Shown one piece after another: positions 57,189 to 64,000 of a stretch of 64,000 nucleotides of DNA. The notes below the pieces were generated by a model. That model saw only the letters and a program-made list of their open reading frames with translations. It was not told where the DNA came from and did no database searches. Position numbers and translations under genes: made by a program. Position 1 is the stretch's first letter; every line of letters starts with the position of its first letter. Origin of the DNA: Candidatus Pacearchaeota archaeon (GTDB lineage Archaea; Nanobdellota; Nanobdellia; Pacearchaeales; GW2011-AR1); the NCBI GenBank assembly GCA_017609885.1, contig JAFCDB010000001.1, positions 6,732 to 70,731 of the forward strand, written 5' to 3'.

Positions 57189-57309
57189 GGCTTTGGTGAA
57201 ATCATAGGATATATAACATTTTTCTCAATTTAAAATCTACATTGCGAGACAAATCACGTCGAGCAATGCTGGGCGGGCGGGTAGGGAATTGAGAAAAATG
57301 TCCAAAGCC
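57189..57309 (+). repeat. R3 copy 2, complete fold-back element
   Basis: GGCTTTGG...CCAAAGCC termini; ACATTTTTCTCAATT/AATTGAGAAAAATGT stem. Confidence 0.9.
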
Positions 57310-57359
57310 ATGAAAAGAAGCATATAAATATTTAAAAAAGTTCTTTTAGTAGATTTTTG

Positions 57360-57788
57360 ATGTTAAGGAAACGGATTGGTGAGAAAGAAACTGCTGAAGA
57401 TTTAGATTTGATTAAGAGACTTTATGATGCTATTGTAAGAGAAGGTCTTAATCCTTGTTCGGAAGTTTCGGAGATAGTTGATAGTTTGAAGGAAAAGCGA
57501 TGTTTTCATGAGAAATGTAAGACTCTGCATTTGCCAATGGGTGATGGAATGGCAGCTATTAAGCTTTCGAGATATGTATATTATGATCTTGGGGGAAATG
57601 CAGAGAATTTAAATGAAAAAATTCATATGTCGCTTTCAGGTATGACTTTTGGAGAGAGGCAAAGAATGGAGAAAGTGGTGGGAAAAGGGAAATTTTATTT
57701 ACCTGATACAAGAAAGGCTAATTGGGAGTGCGCGGTTATTGATATGGTAGATAAAGTGAACTATCATTATGGAAACTCTTTGGAATAA
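57360..57788 (+). CDS. Hypothetical protein
   Basis: 142-aa ORF. Confidence 0.5.
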   Translation: MLRKRIGEKETAEDLDLIKRLYDAIVREGLNPCSEVSEIVDSLKEKRCFHEKCKTLHLPMGDGMAAIKLSRYVYYDLGGNAENLNEKIHMSLSGMTFGERQRMEKVVGKGKFYLPDTRKANWECAVIDMVDKVNYHYGNSLE

Positions 57789-57822
57789 TTATGTTTAAAT
57801 AATCTTAATTTTTTAATTTGTA

Positions 57823-58224
57823 ATGCCAATAAAATATCAACATGCCCCAGATTTAAATGAAAAAGCACGCGAGATTTGCAAAGTTCTTTTTCCACATGTT
57901 CGCGTTGATTCAATTTCGTGCATTCGAAGTTTTGGGAGTAAGTCGAGGAGAACAATTGCGCGGTGCCATGCGCTTGGGAAGGTGATGCAACTTGGAATGG
58001 GAACAAAGGCGTTTTATACAATTGAGTTTTTGTCTGAAAGATTTGATAAAATGTCTGAAGAGGAACAATTGAAGGTGATTATTCATGAGCTGATGCATAT
58101 TCCGAAAAGTTTTGGAGGTGGGTTTAAGCATCATGATTTTGTGAATGATAAAAATATTGAAGCGCATTATAAAACTTATTTGAGGTTGAAGGATGGAAAT
58201 AAAAATTGGTTTGAAAAAAATTGA
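57823..58224 (+). CDS. Putative metallopeptidase
   Basis: VIIHELMHIP...HHD (HExxH). Confidence 0.8.
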   Translation: MPIKYQHAPDLNEKAREICKVLFPHVRVDSISCIRSFGSKSRRTIARCHALGKVMQLGMGTKAFYTIEFLSERFDKMSEEEQLKVIIHELMHIPKSFGGGFKHHDFVNDKNIEAHYKTYLRLKDGNKNWFEKN

Positions 58225-58501
58225 ATTTAATGTAAAAAAATCCCGCGGGATAAAAGGACTGATGTTTTGTCAAAGGGAAAATGCTGATGCTTTAGTTTTT
58301 AAAAGTCAAGGAGCTATTCATTCTTGTTTTGTTTTTTTTGATTTTTTGGTTTTGTGGTTGGACTCGGAGAATCGGGTTGTGGATTATAAGATTGTTAAGC
58401 CATGGAATCTGTGTGAGAAGAGTGGGAAAAAATTTGATAAAATTTTAGAGATTCCCATTAATCAACGGTATGAAGAGGTTATTGGGGAAATTTTGTCGTA
58501 G
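58193..58501 (+). CDS. DUF192-family protein
   Basis: KGLMF...IHSCFVFF...LWLD...ILEIP. Confidence 0.75.
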   Translation: MEIKIGLKKIEFNVKKSRGIKGLMFCQRENADALVFKSQGAIHSCFVFFDFLVLWLDSENRVVDYKIVKPWNLCEKSGKKFDKILEIPINQRYEEVIGEILS

Positions 58502-58579
58502 AAAGGACGTTTACCGACGGGAGAAAAGTTTAAAAAGAAAGATGCCGTCGATATTGGATAATTAAAAGGAGGTAAGCAA

Positions 58580-58768
58580 ATGGGAAAAATTGTAAAGAAA
58601 AATGTTGTGAAGAGAAAGCCTGGTCACCTTTACTATGTCGACGGTAAGGGAAATGTTTGCGAGGCTAAGATGGCTCGCGGCGGACGAAAGAAAAAGAAAG
58701 CGGCAAAGAAAAAGCCAGCAAAGAAAAAGCCAGCAAAGAAAAAGCCAGCAAAGAAAAAGAAAAGATAA
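58580..58768 (+). CDS. Small basic chromatin-like protein (Cc1-like) with H1-like KKKPA tail
   Basis: KRKPGHLYYVDGKGNV; 3x AAGAAAAAGCCAGCA; AGGAGGT RBS. Confidence 0.7.
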   Translation: MGKIVKKNVVKRKPGHLYYVDGKGNVCEAKMARGGRKKKKAAKKKPAKKKPAKKKPAKKKKR

Positions 58769-58805
58769 TTTTTTATTTTTAATTTAGTTTTTCTTTTTTC
58801 TTTTT

Positions 58806-59307
58806 TTATTCCCATTCTCCCCTATTTCTTTCGTTGAATAATCTTCCGCAAACAAGTTCGTTTTCAAGGTCGCGAAGTTTCAGTCTTAATTGAATTCTTT
58901 TTTTGATTTTAAGGTCGCTGTAAACTTGAAACCAAGTTTTTAGTTCAGTGTAGAAAATTGTTCGAGAATTTTGCATGTTAATAAGTTGACTTAAGTCTCC
59001 GAAAACATAGGCGCGACTTTTATTTCCATCAGGGATGGGTTCCCCCCATCGAATGTATGTCCTTTTATGACTTGTAATAATTTTGAATGAATATTTTAAA
59101 ATCTTCTGTTCTTTGTCTGATGCTGTTTGAATGATAGGAGTCTTTAACAGTATCTGCTGCTTTTTCAAAGTCCTGTGCTAATTGTTCAAGTTGTTCTCGA
59201 GTAAATGATTCTGGTAGTGATTTGTTTTCTAGATTGAGTTTTCGCATTTCTCTTAATAATAGAGTGGTCGTTACATCGTCACTAAGATAAAAAGAATGAT
59301 TATCCAT
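58806..59307 (-). pseudogene. Probably frameshifted hypothetical gene
   Basis: MDNHS...YYKS* overlaps a second open frame running to 58806 that lacks a convincing start. Confidence 0.35.
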
Positions 59308-59453
59308 TAAATCTCTCCTGAATTTTTGTCTAATTTTTCAAAGTCTTCGTAAAATCTTTTAATATGAACTTTAGCTGTAGATTCATATTTTGAAATTTTT
59401 TCTGTATTTGATTGAGCGTAGGTTCTTTGTTTTTTTCTTAATAATCCTATCAT
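59307..59453 (-). CDS. 48-aa hypothetical protein
   Basis: MIGLLRKKQR...NSGEI*, TAATG-coupled to the next ORF; TATA-like box upstream. Confidence 0.4.
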   Translation of the reverse strand: MIGLLRKKQRTYAQSNTEKISKYESTAKVHIKRFYEDFEKLDKNSGEI

Positions 59454-59501
59454 TATTTTTTTAATGAAAACTTATTTATAATGTTTATTGTAGTATATTT
59501 T

Positions 59502-60482
59502 ATGGCAACAATATTAGGAATTGAAAGCACAGCTCATACTTTTGGAGTTGGTGTTGTGAAAAATGGAAAAGTCTTGTCGAATGTTCGAGATAGTTTTACA
59601 ACTAAAAAAGGCGGTTTGATTCCAATTGAAGTTGCGAAACATCATCATGAAGTTTGTGATTCTGTATTAGATAATGCTTTGAAAGAGGCAGGGATTTCTT
59701 TGGAGGAAATTGAGGGAGTTGCATTTTCGCAGGGGCCTGGACTTGCGCCTTGTTTGAAAGAAGGAATGAAATTTGCAAAAAAATTAGCTGGGAAATTGAA
59801 AGTTCCTTTAATTTCTGTGAATCATTGTGTTGCGCATTTGGAAATTGGGAAAATTGTTGGGGCGCAGGATCCTGTTATGCTTTATGCGTCTGGGGCAAAT
59901 ACACAAGTAATTGCTTATGCTGCTGGGAAGTATCGGGTTTTTGGGGAAACTTTGGATTTGGGGGTTGGGAATTTTATTGATACTTTTGCGCGGTTTGCAA
60001 GATTGGGTTTTCCTGGGGGACCAAAGATTGCAGAGTTGGCTGAGAAGTCAAAGAATTATATTGAATTACCTTATTCTATTAAGGGAATGGATATTAGTTT
60101 TTCTGGAATGCAAACAAAGCTTCGGCAGCTTTTGGATAAGGGAGAGAAATTAGAAGATTTGAGTTTTAGTTTGCAGGAGACAACTTTTGCAATGCTGGTG
60201 GAGGCAGTTGAGCGGGCTATGGCGCATACTGAGAAAAAAGAATTGTTAATAGGGGGTGGTGTAAGTTGCAATACGCGGTTGAAGGAAATGTGCGAGATAA
60301 TGTGTAGGGAAAGAGGGGCAAAGTTTTTTTGTCCTGAAAATTCGTTGCTTGTGGATAATGGGGCAATGATTGCTTATCTTGGAGAAATAATGTTTGAAAA
60401 AAAGATTTTTGAAAAAGATTTTGAGAAAGTTGATTTTTTGCCGAGGCAGAGAACTGATGATGTTGAAGTTAGGTGGAAATAA
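59502..60482 (+). CDS. kae1: Kae1 t6A tRNA threonylcarbamoyltransferase
   Basis: LGIESTAHT, NHCVAH, SGANT, GETLD, DNGAMIA, QRTDDV. Confidence 0.96.
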   Translation: MATILGIESTAHTFGVGVVKNGKVLSNVRDSFTTKKGGLIPIEVAKHHHEVCDSVLDNALKEAGISLEEIEGVAFSQGPGLAPCLKEGMKFAKKLAGKLKVPLISVNHCVAHLEIGKIVGAQDPVMLYASGANTQVIAYAAGKYRVFGETLDLGVGNFIDTFARFARLGFPGGPKIAELAEKSKNYIELPYSIKGMDISFSGMQTKLRQLLDKGEKLEDLSFSLQETTFAMLVEAVERAMAHTEKKELLIGGGVSCNTRLKEMCEIMCRERGAKFFCPENSLLVDNGAMIAYLGEIMFEKKIFEKDFEKVDFLPRQRTDDVEVRWK

Positions 60483-60485
60483 ATA

Positions 60486-61040
60486 TTAAAATTCAACATC
60501 CGGCATCTTTCTTTCTGCCTCTTTTATTTCCAAATAAGGACGGGTCTTTATTCCATACAAGCTCGCAAACAATTTCCCAGGGAAAACTTTTCTTGAATTA
60601 TTATACGACAAAATACTATCATTGTAAAATTGTCTTGAATATGCAACTTTGTCTTCGATTGCTGAAAGTTCCTGTTGTAAATGCAGAAAGTTTTGATTCG
60701 CTTTTAAATCAGGATAATTTTCCGCAAGTGCAAAAATTGATTTCAAGGCATTTTGTAACTGGTCTCCTGCCTTCACCTTTGCAGAAAGATTTTTCGCAGA
60801 AAGCATTTCCTTTCTTGCCTTTGTAACATCTGCAATAATTTCCTTCTCGTGTTTTGCATATGCTTTAACTGTTTTTACCAAATTCGGCACAAGGTCTGCC
60901 CGCTTTTTCAACTGAACATCAATCTGCGCCAGGGAATTGTCAATCCGGTTCCCCAAAACAATAAATTTGTTGTAATAAAAAATAAACGCAATCCCAATTA
61001 CCGCTACAATTACTATCGCCAAAACTATCAGCCACATCAT
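60486..61040 (-). CDS. lemA: LemA-family protein
   Basis: QLKKRADLVPNL, ENYPDLKA, SRQFYND. Confidence 0.93.
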   Translation of the reverse strand: MMWLIVLAIVIVAVIGIAFIFYYNKFIVLGNRIDNSLAQIDVQLKKRADLVPNLVKTVKAYAKHEKEIIADVTKARKEMLSAKNLSAKVKAGDQLQNALKSIFALAENYPDLKANQNFLHLQQELSAIEDKVAYSRQFYNDSILSYNNSRKVFPGKLFASLYGIKTRPYLEIKEAERKMPDVEF

Positions 61041-61079
61041 GAATTTCTTAGGATAATTGGTTTTTTAAATTTATTGATT

Positions 61080-62489
61080 TTAAAAATCCTCTTCAATTTT
61101 TCTCTTCCTCTCCTCAGGTTCATTAATGAAAAAAACTTTGTTTGATTTTGCCTTATTAATTTTTCCCTGAATTTCATAAATCCCTGTTGCAGAAGGAAGC
61201 TCAAATTTTCCAATCACCTTTAGTTTTGAATAAAAAAGATAATTCAGAATTCTTTCTTCTCCCTGAGCCAGATGCGGAAAGTCCCATCTTAATCTTCCTG
61301 TATTTTCCTCAATTTCCGTCGGCTCCTGCCCATACTGCTTGTAAAGTTTTGCCATTGCAGGAAGCCTATCATAAACACTTACTTTTTCCATAAATTTTTT
61401 CGCTCTAATTTTTATTCTAACTTTCAGGGCAAAATCTCCTGATTTCGTTTTCATAAAAGAAACGCTTTTCTTCACAACAAGATGTTGTGTGTAGTATTTA
61501 TTAATTAAAAAAACAATTACAACAATTGCCAAAACCAAAAGAAAAGGAAAAATCCAATTTGTTGTTGCTGTCACCTCAAGGGATTGGCTTGGACTCAGCT
61601 CTCTTTGCCAGGAATATGTTACAAAAATTCCATTTCTCTCGATTTTCTGTGGCTCAACTGAAAAAGTTGTAAACAATCTTGAGATAATATTTTTCTTCAA
61701 GCTTATGTCTGCAACCATCGGCACATTTCCCTGGTTTATTTTTTCCAAAATTGTTTTTCTAATGAATATTCCTTTTTTATCTTCTATAAATGACAATCCT
61801 GTTTTCTCAACAATTCGGACAATCCCTTTAATTGTAATTTCTTTTTCATTTAATCTAAGTTTCGCAGAAATTTCATAATCTCCGAAGACAAGTTCCTTTA
61901 ATTTGTCATTCAGAGGAATTTCAAAACTTTTCTTTTCATACGGCTCCAAAGCAAACTCTCTTTGATAATCATCGAAAAAACTTGATGAAAAAATTACTTC
62001 AATATTTTCATATTCAATATTTTCAAGATTATAGAAATTTACTTTCGCAAATTCAGAATTTAGAGTTACGCTTTCTGCCCCAACACTAAACGCACTTTCA
62101 AAACTAATCACCTCAACATCAATTTCAGCTTCCTGAGTTTCTGCACTATCTTTAACCCTAAAAAACACCGGGACAAATACATGCCCATCATTTTCCCTCA
62201 TTGAATCAATTGGCAAAAACTCTATTCTAAAAGTTTCTGTTTCTCCCTTAGATAAACTAAATTCCTCAACTGAAATTTCAAATCTCTCAAAAATATAAAT
62301 CTCAAAATCCCCTGAATCTTGGTTGTTTGTCACAGTAAATTCAAAAATCGCAGGAATATCATGATTGTTAATAATTGTATCAACAATTGGCTGAGGGGTT
62401 ATTGTAAGATTTATAGCAGAGCTAAATTGAATTAAAAATACAATTAAGAAAAACAAAACTCCAGGGAATAGTCCTCTTTTCAAATTCAT
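61080..62489 (-). CDS. Membrane protein with Ig-like ecto- and cytoplasmic domains
   Basis: Signal peptide, beta-rich region, one TM, VYDRLP...LRW. Confidence 0.6.
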   Translation of the reverse strand: MNLKRGLFPGVLFFLIVFLIQFSSAINLTITPQPIVDTIINNHDIPAIFEFTVTNNQDSGDFEIYIFERFEISVEEFSLSKGETETFRIEFLPIDSMRENDGHVFVPVFFRVKDSAETQEAEIDVEVISFESAFSVGAESVTLNSEFAKVNFYNLENIEYENIEVIFSSSFFDDYQREFALEPYEKKSFEIPLNDKLKELVFGDYEISAKLRLNEKEITIKGIVRIVEKTGLSFIEDKKGIFIRKTILEKINQGNVPMVADISLKKNIISRLFTTFSVEPQKIERNGIFVTYSWQRELSPSQSLEVTATTNWIFPFLLVLAIVVIVFLINKYYTQHLVVKKSVSFMKTKSGDFALKVRIKIRAKKFMEKVSVYDRLPAMAKLYKQYGQEPTEIEENTGRLRWDFPHLAQGEERILNYLFYSKLKVIGKFELPSATGIYEIQGKINKAKSNKVFFINEPEERKRKIEEDF

Positions 62490-62534
62490 CAAAAAGTAAA
62501 ACCCGTTGCATATATAAAGATTTTGATGATTAAG

Positions 62535-63035
62535 TTATTTCATCCCCTCAATTGTTAAAAAAGCTTTGATTTGTTCAGCCAAATCCTCCATATCTCCAAA
62601 AAGTTTCGTTTCATAACCTTCCCAAGTCCCTTTAATTATATACCTGTCATAAACTCCCCTTAAAAATTTCATCATTGGACTCTTATCCCACTTCCCTTGA
62701 TAATCTCGAATAAGACTCCCATCAATTTTAACCTCAAAACTTCCATCATTCATTTTTTCCCGCTTACCATTTTTCTCAACCTCAACATTCTTCAGACCAA
62801 GAATCCTCCAACCCAATTTCATCTCATTCTTAAAATAATCAGAAACTTCCTTCGTCGCCTTCCACTTAATTTCAATATCTTTAGATTCTCCCTTAACTGT
62901 CTCAATATACTTTAACTCCTCAACATCATAATTTTCCTCTGTTAACCAACGGTAAATAAATTGATAAGTATCTTTGAAGTTAAAAATTCCCGATCTCTTT
63001 ACTTTTTCAGTTGTGATTTTATCCTTTTCAGCCAT
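62535..63035 (-). CDS. Hypothetical protein
   Basis: 166-aa ORF with TATA upstream. Confidence 0.6.
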   Translation of the reverse strand: MAEKDKITTEKVKRSGIFNFKDTYQFIYRWLTEENYDVEELKYIETVKGESKDIEIKWKATKEVSDYFKNEMKLGWRILGLKNVEVEKNGKREKMNDGSFEVKIDGSLIRDYQGKWDKSPMMKFLRGVYDRYIIKGTWEGYETKLFGDMEDLAEQIKAFLTIEGMK

Positions 63036-63143
63036 GATATAATCAAATAACAACAATATTTAAATATTACTAAAACTTCAAAAATCAAATACTCCTCAAG
63101 AGTTAATAGAAGTATATTTAAATAATTCGAACCTAAAAATAAA

Positions 63144-63707
63144 ATGACAGAAAAGATAAGAGTCGGGGATGTGATGACGCGGAATTTTATTAATTTGAAA
63201 TCTGATTGTTCGATAATTGATTGCGCAAGGACGATGATAAAAAAAAGAGTTGGAAGTATTGTTATTAAAGAGGGCGACGAAATAAAAGGAATTCTTACTG
63301 AAAAAGATATTGTTTGGGCTTTGTCAAAGAAAAAAGGCAGGGACCTAAATGAAATACAAGCAAAAGACATTGCAACAAAAAAAATAATATCAATCCGCCC
63401 AGAAGCAAGTCTTGATGAAGCATTCCAAAAAATGAAAAAGAAAAAAGTGAGAAGACTGCCTGTAATGTCAAATAAGAAAATAATTGGCTATATTACCCAA
63501 AAAGATATGCTGAGATTTAGGCCTGCATTGCTTGAATCAATTAAAGAATCTGGAAGAATTAGAGAGGAATGGGGAAAGATAAAAAGGAGCAAGTCGGCGA
63601 TAAAAGGAGAATTTATAGAAGCGCCTTGCGAAGACTGTGGTAATTTTGATATTCTTGAGGAAATTGACGGGCAAATGCTTTGTGAGCCTTGCAAGGAGGC
63701 AATGTAA
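63144..63707 (+). CDS. CBS-pair protein with C-terminal Zn ribbon
   Basis: VGDVMT, GILTEKD, RRLPV, CEDC...CEPC. Confidence 0.88.
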   Translation: MTEKIRVGDVMTRNFINLKSDCSIIDCARTMIKKRVGSIVIKEGDEIKGILTEKDIVWALSKKKGRDLNEIQAKDIATKKIISIRPEASLDEAFQKMKKKKVRRLPVMSNKKIIGYITQKDMLRFRPALLESIKESGRIREEWGKIKRSKSAIKGEFIEAPCEDCGNFDILEEIDGQMLCEPCKEAM

Positions 63708-63901
63708 TGGCAATCAAAATAATCATTGCAACAATTGCAGTGCTTGCATTACTTGAGGGGTTATTTGCAATAGTTGCTCCTAACCAAATAAAAATTATGT
63801 TAAAATTTTTTACAAAAAAGAAAATATCTTATTTTAGGAAAGTTGGTTTAATTGAGCTGATTATTGCAGCTGTTGTTTTAGTTATTGTTTATTTTGTTTA
63901 G
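63707..63901 (+). CDS. Small two-TM protein (DUF2065-like)
   Basis: LLEGLF...P...FRKVGL; TAATG overlap. Confidence 0.6.
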   Translation: MAIKIIIATIAVLALLEGLFAIVAPNQIKIMLKFFTKKKISYFRKVGLIELIIAAVVLVIVYFV

Positions 63902-63902
63902 A

Positions 63903-63972
63903 TGCGCGGGCCGGTGCTCCCAATTCCGCTCGCCTCTTTAAACCATTGTGACTCCCACTCGCGAAATTGCTC
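63903..63972 (-). repeat. Repeat motif (R2) ending GGAGCA plus tRNA-Gly-like 3' end
   Basis: Minus strand GAGCAATTTCGCGAG...GGCGAGCG...GGGAGCA-CCGGCCCGCGCA; related to 43675-43722 and 47258-47335. Confidence 0.6.
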
Positions 63973-64000
63973 ATCGTTGGTCACTTTGTTCTCCGTCGTC

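Noticed and set aside
59307..59453. Apparent frameshift in the small ORF upstream of 59307
   Set aside because: Re-reading shows an intact 48-codon frame coupled by TAATG
1..64000. CRISPR array, cas genes, rRNA, integrase or transposase
   Set aside because: No regularly spaced repeats, no rRNA-like GC-rich block and no recognisable recombinase motifs

Overview
AT-rich archaeal chromosome segment, most consistent with a DPANN archaeon (Pacearchaeota/Woesearchaeota-like; inferred from gene content, not from a phylogeny). It carries archaeal informational genes: Rpo7/Spt4/eS24/eS31, the Pop5-proteasome alpha-SBDS-Rrp4/41/42-Rpo6 cluster, RadB, TopA, Kae1, Elp3, Taw1/Taw3, a histone-fold protein, four aminoacyl-tRNA synthetases and four tRNAs (Trp, Lys, Arg with a 17-nt BHB intron, Tyr with a 143-nt intron). 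Bacterial-type functions include NrdR with tandem NrdR boxes upstream of nrdR-nrdJ-dut, DisA, class II LysRS, LemA and a sigma-70-like protein. Five small toxin-antitoxin-like modules are present. One is bracketed by an exact 53-bp duplication of the thrS 3' end, and two are stacked behind tRNA-Tyr with a repeated 18-bp junction motif. The intergenic space holds short structured non-coding repeats that share a GAGCA(AA) end and lie beside tRNAs or duplicated tRNA 3' ends. Several tiny ORFs bridge genes by stop/start overlaps, including two near-identical 16-codon units. No CRISPR array, rRNA, integrase or transposase was seen. All product calls come from motif recognition by eye; no database search was run.
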